A DNA stretch of 58,725 bases, filler included, from Catajapyx aquilonaris (taxonomy: Eukaryota): NCBI GenBank assembly GCA_000934665.2. It is 4 parts of 4 records of this genome, joined end to end, with 100 filler letters (N's around TTAATTAATTAA, not from the genome) between each part and the next. Parts side by side here need not be neighbours in the genome. Positions count along the whole stretch, not along the records: positions 29,479 to 44,055 come from JYFJ02007734.1; positions 44,156 to 58,725 come from JYFJ02007735.1; 2 more parts are not named here. One strand, written 5' to 3'. Each line of letters starts with the position of its first letter. Position 1 is the stretch's first letter. The translations under genes were made by a program, and so were the position numbers. Positions 38,401-50,193 of the stretch are shown here, in pieces. The notes beneath the pieces are model-generated. The model saw only the letters and a list, made by a program, of their open reading frames with translations. It made no database searches and was not told the DNA's origin.

Positions 38401-38525
38401 GGGAAAGGAAGGGGGATTCGAAGCATATGTCATAATGTGTTGAAAAGCAGATGCAAGGTCAGGGATGTGTGTAATGTGTTTTGTTGGGCATTAAATCGGG
38501 CAAATTGCCATTACTTGATCATTAA

Positions 38526-39029
38526 GGGCCGGTTGCACCAGTCGCGGTATATGGGAAGGCATATGGAAGAACCCTGCACCGCGGGTACACGGTATATGCC
38601 ATGAAAAACCTCGGGTTTATTCCATAGCGTTGCACCGGTCCAGATAAACGGGGGGTTTTCGGTAGTACGCTGGCTCATGAGAGACGTAAGCGGGCAAAAA
38701 TTTTGGAGAGCGCTGATTGGATCGCAGCACCCGTGACGCAATCCGTGACGTCATGGAAGTATGGCTAGTCGTCTAGTATCTACGGCGACCATGTGGCAGG
38801 GTTGCCACATGGTGTCACACAGTACACGAAATCCCTAGCACCATGACAACACCATAAACCCGCGGTATAAGCAACTTGTGCTGCAGGATCGGCGGGTAGA
38901 TGGATCCGGCGGTAAGTGGGAGGGAGAACGGGCCGTTTGAGAAAAACCGTAGGTGGCGCAACACTTTTCGCGGTATACCGGAGTCAAAACCCGCCGTTTT
39001 CCATATACCGCGACCGGTGCAACCGGCCC
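38526..39029. mobile_element. PIF/Harbinger (Tourist-like) MITE
   Basis: 29-bp TIR GGGCCGGTTGCACC(A/G)GTCGCGGTATATGG, with TAA TSD on both sides. Confidence 0.92.
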
Positions 39030-39612
39030 TAAGTCCAATTCGCTTAATTTATCACGGACCTATGACCTATAGGTCCCGTTTGGGCCTCATCCTCTCCTTG
39101 TCCTGTGACACTTTGCCTTTCTAAAATGGGGAATGGTAAGAGATGGAAAGGACAAAATGCGAAGAATTTTTGTGGGTGAGAGAGAGCAAACAGGAAAATA
39201 AATCAACCATATCTCCAACGGAAAATGATATAAGAAAATGGTTTTAATTCAATCAGAAACCTCTCGTGACCGTTTCCTGTCCCATGATTGGACTTACACT
39301 ATTTTCCATCCCAATGGCATTTTCCTCTCATTTTTCCCCTTTTAGCCCTCTAGACATGGCAAGGTGGAGAGGCCGGTTAACGAGGCGGGAAATCTATTCA
39401 GGTGCTGTACTATGCAAAATTCTTTCTATTCCATGGGGAAGAATAAAACTCAATGGAGGAGTCATTCAAGTCGTGCATGCGCACTCCTAGTGGTAGATTC
39501 AGATGTGTTAATGAGGGTGGAATACGCATGGGCGACTGGAGCTGTTCACCCATCACTCTTACCCTATACTACCACTGTTGGAGCTTGGAGGTGGCAACTT
39601 AGTGGAACGCCG

Positions 39613-39740
39613 TGTATAATGGGGTCCTAGCCTACATTTCGGAAGCGATCATAAATTCGGCCATATTTTTTGGCATTTTTAAGCGTATTCCGTTTTAAGA
39701 TATCAGTTTCAGTTCCGGAGCTATTAGCGTTTTTAGGTAG

Positions 39741-39798
<58 letters not shown>

Positions 39799-41363
39799 GA
39801 TACCCCGTGATAGGCCCCTTGGGCCTTTTAGGGGATCATCTTTTGAAAACCCGACTTTAATCATTTGCCTGTAATGTGATGGATTTTGATAGTGGGAGGA
39901 AACGGGAGAACCCCGAGAAAACCCACGCGAACAGGGAGAGAACCCATCGAAACTCTATCCACATAAGTATCCTCCGTCCGACCCGGGGATCGAACTCGGG
40001 ACCTTAGAGGTGGAAGTCTGCGGCGCTAACCGCTCGGCCACCGTGTCGCCCATTTAGGTAGTATCTGGTGACGTCACTGAATCCTGCGGAAATGTTGACG
40101 TCACGCAAAGTGAAATGAAGGCAAGAATGATGTTATAGAACGCGCCCCTGCATAGTCGTAAAATGCTTCGTTGTTGTTAGCAACCGTCCTCTTCCTGGTG
40201 CCTGCGGTGCCAGACCCTCGCAGAGCTCGGTTCGGAGGGCGGGCAGGTCGCCCCAGTGCGAATCCACCCCGCTGTGTGCCGGAGGGAGTGAAGAAGCGTG
40301 AGTAAGATAGCGGCCGGGGCGCGGCGTTTTTACTCTATGCCTGCTTCACAAATTCGGAGGAAGGCTGAGCGGGCGGCAAGATTGAGTTTGGGGGCGTGGT
40401 TTGGGGCGCGGAACCTGTGCGGTGGCAATCGCAAAAGTCCATCTGGATGGACTTGGGCATGGTAATATAATACTAAGGTCTGGTCACTCCCACCCACCCC
40501 CTGCCGGGGCGTTTTGCATGAGGTGCTCACCTGAGAGCGCCATGAGACCTTTCACTGCACTGTTATGTGGCTATCCTACCGGACTAGGCTGAACTTTATA
40601 GGTACAAAAGGAAAGCGCTACATGCGGGCCCAACATGGCCGCCGGAGACCATGTCGGGTCCCGCAATGTAGCGCTTCCCTTTTGTACCTGTCAAGTTCAG
40701 CGTAGTCCGGTAGGGTCGCCACACATATTAGTGCAGTGAAAGGTCTCATGGCGCTCTCAGGTGAGCACCTCCTGCAAAACGCCCCGGCAGGCGATAAGAT
40801 AAGAACGTAGAGGTGGTGTCCGGGGGCTGGACTTGAGCGATTCCCACCGCACCAGTTTTCGCCCGCAGCGCCACCGCCGAATTGGTGAATTGCCACCACT
40901 CACATTCCGCGCCCCAATCGCACGTTTTCCGCCCGCTCAGCTTCCGCCGAATTTGTGTAGCGGCCTTAAGCCGCTCAAACCGCATCGGGCATGGCAGTGA
41001 TGGCTGCAGCTCGTAATTATCTGTCTCTCGAATTCGGCACATAAAGGCCCCCTTTCTCCACCTCGATGGCCTACAGCCGCCTTGGGAATGTTTTCCGTCG
41101 TGTCCGCGGTAAATTCAAAATCAAATTCTTCATCTCTCGCAGTCAAAGAGGCATTTCAGTGTACCCTTCGATTGGCACCACTCGGCTGCCCTGTTTTTCC
41201 CGCCAATTTTGAAGGCACTTTTAAATATGCCGTAATTTATCCGGTAATGTCATTTTGATGCAACATAGTGATGGAGTGATGGAATGTGTGTTTACAAGCA
41301 TGGGCTATCTATTTATGAACAAAAATCCCAAATCCCAGACCAAGGCTAGGACCCCATTATACA
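39613..41363. mobile_element. Large foldback-like element with a central ~600-bp inverted repeat, interrupted by a SINE
   Basis: Perfect 21-bp outer inverted repeat TGTATAATGGGGTCCTAGCCT / AGGCTAGGACCCCATTATACA. Strong hairpin at 40500-40790 extending to about 40350-40965. Confidence 0.7.
39744..40052 (-). mobile_element. tRNA-derived SINE (family D) with a V-domain-like core and (ATT)n tail
   Basis: A-box TGGCCGAGCGG and B-box GAGTTCGATCCC. Core GCGTGGGTTTTCTCGGGGTTCTCCCGTTTCCTCCCA. Perfect 12-bp TSD TTTAGGTAGTAT at 39732-39743 and 40053-40064. Confidence 0.92.
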
Positions 41364-41577
41364 GAGTGACACAACTTTTTTGCCCCAACAGTTATTTGAA
41401 AAATCGCGTAAGCTGCTACTTTTTAAGCACCTACTTGCTAATAATTACTTTATCGCGTATCTGAATAGCACCTGCTGATATTAGGTCTAATGCCCATGTA
41501 CTATCGGGTTCAAATACTTTTGGCCACTTTATCTTGGTCGTGAAGCAACCCTTCGCACAGAAGCCTTGGAGTCCTAG

Positions 41578-41748
41578 CTCTCCATTATTATAATCGCCTT
41601 CGACTTCAAGGCGTGCTAGATGACCCTTCTCCCTTCGCGGCACCGCACCGGGGAGTGCTACAGACGAGGTGAAAGGCGACCGCGACCGTTCAGCCGGGAC
41701 AGGCAACTCGCGAGGTGTTGTGGCTTCGGAACATCGTCTTTTGGCTGT
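41578..41748. mobile_element. Diverged fragment of the 42312-43719 foldback arm
   Basis: CTCCATTATTATAATCGCCTTCGAC...GGTGAAAGGCGACCGCGACC...GTGTTGTGGCTT matches 43413-43585. Confidence 0.8.
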
Positions 41749-42311
41749 ATTATACTTTGGTTGTTAGTAGTACCAGTGCCAAATATAGTACTGGTAAGTT
41801 AGTAGTAACTAGCAGTGAAGCGAAAATTCGACCCAAACGTATTATACATTATTTTGTCCAACCTCTTCTCAAATTTAGTGCCGGGGAAGGGGGGTGTCGT
41901 TTCAATTTTTCCCCCGCCCCTTGCCGGTAATTTTGGTCTATCTTTATACGACACGAAGTGACATCGATAAAGCGTCAAAACCCAGTGAAAGTCATATCTG
42001 TAACTGTTTTCGTTTACAAATAAAAAGGGTTGGACAATTTGGTCAAAAATGAGGCCTGCGGTGGTATATATTGTATGTCTTTTGTTTCTCTCCCCTTCTC
42101 GTGATTTTTGCGTAATCTGCATACCTCGACAAATGTACATCAACGGAGCTTCAAAACTAGGTAAAATACATTTTTGCAAATTTTCCAGTTTTCGAATAAA
42201 ACAGACGCGAAATTTCAACGCTTTTCGCAGGGGGCCCTATTATTCTGTCCCAACCCCTGTATGTTTTAGGGAAGGAAATATTACTCCTACAACGGTCATA
42301 ACCTATTTTTT

Positions 42312-43719
42312 CGTCTAACAAGCAAAGTAATAATCCGGGGTAGTGCTTGACCTCATCTGAGGTATGCAGCAGGGACCTTTATTATTTATTACATTAAGTA
42401 CATTTGAGCCTTTTTACGTAGCGCCCGGGCCCACGGGCAGGATGACAGGAGGGGATGTGCAAGGTGCAGTGCAATGTCTTTATGTGACCATTTTTAGTGA
42501 ACTCCCCCGGGTGGTTTAGTCTGTGGATATACCACCCGAGACGAAGCCAGAGGTGACCCTGAACTCTGCACGAGATGAAGGGGGTGTCCCCGGGCTGGGA
42601 TCGAACCCGGGACCTTAACATCCGTGGGCGCATACGTTACCGCAGCACCACTCCGCCTCCCCATCTAACAAGCAAAGTAACCTTTCTTACCCTCCTGGAT
42701 TTTGATAATTTTTATAATTTAAATTCTGCTCGGCCTATAGGGTTGAGAAAACATCACCTCCGCTGCTAAATTCCACGTTAGCAGGGTGAAAATCCAGCCT
42801 AAAGGCAATGTTCCGAAAGCCACAACACCAGCGTTCGGTCGCGAGGCGCTCGTCCCGGCTACCCCGGTCGCGGTCGCCTTTCACCGCGTCTGTAGCTCTC
42901 TCCGTTGCCACGAAGGAGAAGGGTCATCTCGCGCGCTTTGCAGTCGAAGGCGATTATAATAATGGAGAGCCAGGACAGGGGGCATAATACTACATAAGAG
43001 GCGCAAACATTCGATTCGCCTGTCTCTGTTTGATGGGGCCAACGGTGGCGGCCATTGTGAAGAGATGCCAACGAGGTGTAAATAGGGTACAGGCAGGCCA
43101 AAGCTTCGCCATCTTTGATTGTTTTGGCGGCGGCCATGGCACTTCAAGGCAAGAACACGGGCGAATTTGAATATTTTTGCCGTACTTACGGAATTAATAC
43201 GTAGAAAAGTGCATTAAAGGAGCTCATACGGCAAAAAGATTCAAATTCAGCCGCCAAAACCATCAAAGGTAGCAGACCTTTGGCCTAGCTGTACCCTATT
43301 TACACCTCGTTGGCCTCTCTTCAAAATGGCCGCCACCGTTGGCCCCATCAAACAGAGACAGGCGAATCGAATGTTTGCGCCTCTTATGTAGTATTATGCC
43401 CCCTGTCCTGGCTCTCCATTATTATAATCGCCTTCGACTGCAAAGCGTGCGAGATGACCCTTCTCCTTCGTGGCACCGGAGAGAGCTACAGACGCGGTGA
43501 AAGGCGACCGCGACCGGGGCAGTCGGGACGAGCGCCTCGCGACCGAACGCTGGTGTTGTGGCTTACGGAACATCGCCTTTAGGCTGGATTTTCACCCTGC
43601 TAACGTGGAATTTAGCAGCGGAGGTTATGTTTTCCCAACACTATAGGCCAAGCAGAATGAAAATTATAAAAATTATCAAAATCCAGGAGGGTAAGAAAAG
43701 TTACTTTGCTTGTAAGATG
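42312..43719. mobile_element. Foldback/long-TIR non-autonomous DNA transposon with ~470-bp inverted arms
   Basis: 42664-43132 and 43250-43719 are highly similar reverse complements (mirror ORFs 42859-43137 and 43310-43582). A related end lies at 53370-53569. Confidence 0.9.
42331..42663 (-). mobile_element. tRNA-derived SINE (family A) inserted in the foldback terminus
   Basis: B-box GGTTCGATCCC. Perfect 17-bp TSD TCTAACAAGCAAAGTAA at 42314-42330 and 42664-42680. Confidence 0.93.
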
Positions 43720-44055
43720 CACCATTTACTAGAGTAAGGTATAGTGACATCAAGCTGCAAATTATTGTTGATAATGTATTTCAATAATGCTTCTTTCTGG
43801 TTTGCGGAAACATTTCTGCAAGGAATAAACCACAGCACAAATGATATTATGTCAACAATGCCTCTAAATTAAAATGTTCACCAGAGCAGTAACGAAGTTG
43901 CCTTCTCTCATACCCAACATTAAAATCGCATTAAGAGGGCCGGGTACCTGGCGACCGCGCCACTTTTCAGGCAAAGCGAGGAGAAAAACGGGTGCGGATT
44001 CATCGTCTTCGTTCGACATATCTTCGCTCCTATGGGAGGTACGGACATGTGGTTT

Positions 44056-44155
44056 NNNNNNNNNNNNNNNNNNNNNNNNNNNNNNNNNNNNNNNNNNNNT
44101 TAATTAATTAANNNNNNNNNNNNNNNNNNNNNNNNNNNNNNNNNNNNNNNNNNNN
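44056..44155. other. Artificial contig spacer
   Basis: N44-TTAATTAATTAA-N44. Confidence 0.98.
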
Positions 44156-46743
44156 AGGGTGCGCAATTTGAAAATACAGTTCCCATCTGTGGTTCCAATG
44201 ATGGCTGTGATTTAAGGTGGCGAACAGAGCTTACCCGGTGTTTATACAACAATACAGCTGGGCGACCCTACAGTCTGTACACATAGGTACACTGTACTCC
44301 CGATAATTATCCAAGCTAATGACTGCACGGGTGTTGCCAGATCGTTGTTCACCTTCAAAAAATTATTGCCCTCTTAAGGAATAGTCTCTCTCCTGGTTTC
44401 GGACACACAACCTCATACTTTTTATGGAGGCTATAACAAAGTATTAAAATATTCGGCGACCTGAGAGCATTGTTCTAACAACAACAATAACAAGAACAAA
44501 AAAAACACGACGCTTCGTTGTTGTGAGACTATGTGCAGGAAGCGCTCATCTACAATCCTGGAGTGTTGACGAGTACAAAATGAAGGACTAGAAATTGTAA
44601 AAAATAAATAATAAAAAAGAGAATTGGTTTAGGTCTGTGCGTCTGTTTGTCCGCCGTGATCAGTAGTGTACAATGTGCAGAGAGCGAGAATGAGCCATCT
44701 GCATGAGACATAATTATGGTACTACTCACAGCAATTTTTCCTCCTGACCAGTTCTCAAGAGTTCCCGGGCAAAAAGGGACCAAAATAAATAACATATATA
44801 CGTACAAGCCGCAGGGTTTGACGTGAATACGTCTTCAACCTGCTGAAAACCGCCCTTCGACTCAAAAAAATGTCCTTTTTGGACTTTTGCCGGGATCACG
44901 GAAAGGTAAGACATGGGTATGAGAAACTTCAACGTTCTCCGTAACTGGGAAGTGGCTTAAATAGGGGTGACATAAAATTATAAAAACATACCGGTACCGT
45001 ATGTGCAAACCTTCCGCTTCATAATAAGAGATACAAAAATATTTCATATTAAAAATGGCGTTTTCCAGATCAGTATTATTTTTTGAAATGTGCATGTTGT
45101 TGCATAAAAACAAAAATTACCGCTGTGAAATAAAGTCGTATCTCACTGAATACAAATATATACCGAATTTTGATATAATTTAATAATAGAACGCATTCTA
45201 CTTTGTTACAGAAAAAATAAAGATTAAATATTTAAAATGGCTTCTTCGAGAAAATATTTATTTGGAGTGTGCATATTGTAGGACAATCACGAAAGTTAAA
45301 ATAATTTATATCACATATAAAAACAATATACCGGGTTTTGACACTACTTAATTTTATAACAATATGTCTGTCCTTGTAAAATAAAAAAATAAAATAAAAA
45401 TATTAAAAATGGGGTTTTTGAGAAAATAATTTTTGAAATATGCGTGTTTTCGCTTGTTGCCATATTTTCACATCGCATATCTCAACTACACACGGAGCTA
45501 ACAAAGGTTTTATTTCATAAACGTTAGGGCGTCACCGAGTATATCACAAAATATAATCAGCACAACCGTCACGTTTACTATAACGGTGTATTAAATTGCG
45601 AAATATGCGCATTTAGACCAAAATGTGCAAGATTGGAGATTTGTTTGAAGGTGACTGTACCATTAAATAAGGTGAATATATTTATGCATTACATAACAGT
45701 GGATTATTCCAAAAGCATGAGTTTAAAATTTCATATTGGTTTTCAGAACAGTTGCCGAAATATACTCATTGAAAGCAATGGAAAAAGTGCACCTTCCCTT
45801 GATTGTGATTTGGTACCCCTTATAAGAAATATTAATATCTCGATAACTAAATTTAATCTCGTAAAACTGATTGCTCCATAAGAGTTCAATTGGACGTGGG
45901 TTTCACATATATTTTTGTCACAAAAATCGATGACTATGACTTGACACCTTTTTTCACTCACTGGCTGATCTGAAACGGATCCACCCAGTAGGCCTACATA
46001 AAGGATGGAGGTGCTGAGTTTTCAAGCAGCGCAGCGGCTGGTAAGATGGGTTCAGGTACTTATGGGAGCTGATCAAGATGGACTGGGGCAGTTCAAGCAT
46101 CTTCATTTTCCTCCCCAAGGACACCTATTATTCCAGGAAGGGTCTCCAGCTGCACAAGAGAAAAACTGTTTCAGAAAAGTGGTCCCGAAAAACAGGCTTC
46201 AATCAACACATGACACCATATTTCAGAAACAAATCAGAATACATTTTGTAGCAATACTCATGTTCTTTTGTAATCATTAAGGCGGCACATACCAAATGAA
46301 GCCACTACATTCATCTACAATTTTAAACTTATTTCTGCACGTGTAATCATGAACCCACATAGTCCTTCCGCCTATTGTCAATGGTATGACAATAAAACCA
46401 TAGGTGTATGATTGATTTTACGTCACAGAACTATATAAACATGCAAAAACAGTGAAAACCTGGCAGCCATAGGATTCATGTGAAATAATATAATATCTAG
46501 ACCACGGTCTCCAATGATTTGCATATACCAAATACTACCAGTATACCTTCAGTGAGAATCTGTTGTCTGCCAAGATAGTGGAAGGCAAGAGAAGAGGCAT
46601 CAGATGATGACAGGCAGCACCTCGCATTGCTTGATTCCAGAAGTCGATTTGGATGGTCCCCACGCCGTGGCTGATGTTGGTTTGGCAGAATCAGGCAGGT
46701 GATGTCCAGACCAATCAGATGCATCATCATTCTGCAAGGAGTA

Positions 46744-46882
46744 ATGAGTATAGGTCATATGAGTATAGGTCATATGAGTATAGGCCATATGAGTATAGGT
46801 CATATGAGTGTAGGTCATATGAGTATAGGTCATATGAGTATAGGTCATATGAGTATAGGTCATATGAGTATAGGTCATATGA
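46744..46882. repeat. 15-bp minisatellite (ATGAGTATAGGTCAT) x9
   Basis: Nine near-perfect units with two substitutions in total. Confidence 0.95.
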
Positions 46883-49800
46883 CATATAAATGCGTGTTAA
46901 CTAAATAATAATATTATCTTCATTTAAATAACTTTTATTGCCTTCCACACTGCACGTTAATAATACTGTAATACTTTCTGCTGTAGTATGACTTGGCATA
47001 CATTAATTAACTGGTATTGGTCAGCAACCTCAGTTACATGAGCAATTACGTTGAGGCATTGCAGTATAGAAATGCAAAAAATGCAGTAGGCCTACTTTTA
47101 TTTGAACAATCTCCAGAGCTGGCTAGAATTACACCTGAAATTCTGTCAAATCACTTCAGCGTTGATCCCATAATTCACGTAGAGTACGTTAGCAAATCAA
47201 GGTACTATACTACAGTATTTGAAAAATTATGTTACTAAATGGCGGTTGCCAAGAGTGGTACGTTACTGTATTTCCTCACTTCTCACAAAATCAATTCATT
47301 GCCACAATTAAAATATTCTGCATAGGTTACGACTGTAAAGCTCACCAGGTATTGCCTTGCATAATACACAATCATGATGGTCAATCGAAGAGTTTTCAGC
47401 AAAGCTGTAGCAGGCGGCTCTGTTGCAGGTTACAGTAAAGGCATCTCGGCTTTGTTTCCCTCGGAAGACAACTGTGATTGCATCTGAAGTTGTCAATCAG
47501 CTGAAGTGCAGGATGACCTCATCATGATATGATGGAATTGCCAATCAGTGATGGCCCAAGTTGTCTGCAAATGTAGTTGTTGAAACTAATCCATAGTCCT
47601 GGAGTGATATTGGGTAGAACAGCTTCGATCTTGATCTATTCCTATAATGCCCATCCAAAGAGCTCCTCACAATCTGTAATGATTGGAAAGGGTGACGATT
47701 AACAAAAATGTTGCAAAAATATGCAAGAAACTTTTGATCCTTCCAGATTACACACTCATATGGAACACACCTGCAATTTATCCGTAATAATCGGAGAACA
47801 AGCCCTGACAACTTTTCTGGGTCTAACCTGATCTGAAATGGAATTGCTCAGGAGTGTTTTAGTACTATAAGCATCGTACAGTCGCATCAACTTTAAAGAA
47901 AGCAATTGCTAGACGCTAGAGGATGAGCCAGTTTTTCAGAATTACTGCCTGTTCATAAATAACGTTTAATTAGGATTAAATTATCCAAAATCAAGAGGAT
48001 TGGATGTTCAGCATGGCTTTGCATGAAATACAAAATGTTGCAAAAAAAATACTGCAACAAATGATTGGCTCCCAGGAGGAATTTGTGAAATACTCCCCAA
48101 TAGATAGTAAAGTGTTCAAATTAAAGCAATTTTAAAGCAGAAGTGCTTGTGCGTCAGTGTGTAATAAATTGACCGTTTGAAACGGCAATTTGTTACTGTC
48201 AGAATTTATTCTAATACATTACTCACCTTAAATAGACCCTACATGCTGCCATTGTCTAATAATAAAATTATTAAGACTCTTAGTTTTGACTTGTAATATC
48301 ACGTCTCCTAAACTGAATCAATCCTCCCGCTTTCGTTGCGCATGTTAGTTGAGCAGTCTGACGTTTGTTGGCAGCATGTATAACCTAAGTGTATCTTTTT
48401 ACCACAGATGGCATGAAGCATACCATTCTGACAATTCCACTTTTTTTAAAAAAATGACCCAGCAGGTAAGACGTACTGGTACTCTGTATTGCAATATTTA
48501 GGCTAATATGGTTGGCCCTTAAGGTGATTAAATTAATGATCGCATCATCCTACCTTTCAGGTACAAAACGAAGGCCGTAAATTGCATCTGATTCTAATAT
48601 GTAATAATATCAGAACGACTTACAGACTGTAACTGTGACGTTCTAATATTGTCAATGTTCCTATTGAAATCTCTCAGTAGTGGTTGACAATATTTGGGCA
48701 CTAAGCTGCTTATTTTTAAGCAATTGCTTTCATTTCACATCTAACCTCAAGAGTATTATTGCAGTCTTTCGACTTACTTGTTGACATCGATGACAATGTT
48801 GTTGACACGTGTGCTTCTGGGGCTCCCAATATTGACAAAGTCTCGCAAGCTTGTTGTCCAGTATAGATATATTGTACAGGTCAGTGTGTATTTGACATTT
48901 GCGTGAAAAGCAGGGACATATTGAGCTGCACCGAAAATCACAATAAATTATGAAGATTAATGGCTAACAGCGTTATCTTAATTCTGTTTCTTAAGGCAGT
49001 GGTACATGACTTCATGATGTCAACATGCAACGAATCTGAACATGCTGTCTGTCCACCAGTCCGTGTGGGAGATGTTGAAAGATGGCCCGACAGAGTGGAC
49101 TTGAACTGCCCCTTGGAGGTAACCCGTGACCTCGGAGGTTGGCCATCATCTCTGCAGGAATCTGGTCACCAACATGTCCGCCCTGGCTTGGAGACCAACT
49201 ATTCTGATGGCAAAGTCGCAGCCAAGACGATGGGACTGCTCATAGTTTCCTCCTTCAAGTCACATCCTATATATGTTGGACACTCGCGAAGAAAACCTTC
49301 GGAGAAGCAAGTGCATGGTTCGTAATAAATTATTATGGTCACCATTTGCAGCGACAATATATTACGAAGACAGTCATGGATGAGCTGCTGGATCCGTAAG
49401 GCACGTTCAAGGGCATGTTGCTGGTCAATGATGAGGTATTGCATGGAACTTTATTTTGTGCTTTCACAATCAGTAGGCTACACTGTTGTTACGACGCGTT
49501 TTTAAAGGCGATATTTGAGAGTAATGGATCATAAATGGTGCTAGGGGCAAGTGCACTCTGTTGTCAGCTTTCTTTCTGTTAGAATTTCACACAAAGTTAT
49601 CTTAGAGAATTTCAGTTCACCTTGTAAGTCACTGTTACAATAGTCTACTACAGTAGACTATTGTAACTCAATAGGTATACCCATTGAGTGCAGAATAGCA
49701 AGTTTTTCTCTAAGTAGGCCTACATCAAATATTGCACTTTCTAGATGCGGTACGTATTTACGCACATGCAAGGTGGTGCATTGCCTGAGTCTCGTCCAGT

Positions 49801-50193
49801 TCAAGAGGAGGCTGGCAGCTGGGTGAAGAAGGTCTGGATTGTCCATTCCAGTGGCCAGTTTTAAAAAGAAGCAACAATAATGAACAGTGAGTGTGGCTCG
49901 AATTATTATTTTCAATAAGTTGCTTCATTACCAAGTATATTTTCTTAGAAAAAAAATCACAAATGTCTTCCCGCTATGGAATGATGCCCAGCATAACACA
50001 GGCAAACTTGTAAATTCTGGAAATATCAGGGAATGATGTTGTCTGTTTGGAATTCTGCCTGACAAGGAGTCGTTGGCAATGGCAGTGTGACCACAACTGC
50101 CTTGCCACCGTCAGCAACAGTGGACTTGAGCATATGCACCACCTTGCACAGACCTGTCATGTTTATTTGTATTGATTATTATTATTATTATTA

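Noticed and set aside
46600..46908. Repetitive ORFs (MTYTH)n, (SYEYR)n and (MSIGH)n; CRISPR-like appearance
   Set aside because: These are translations of a 15-bp minisatellite. There are no unique spacers and no cas genes.
48960..49325. 121-aa plus-strand ORF
   Set aside because: No recognisable motif or supported splice structure.
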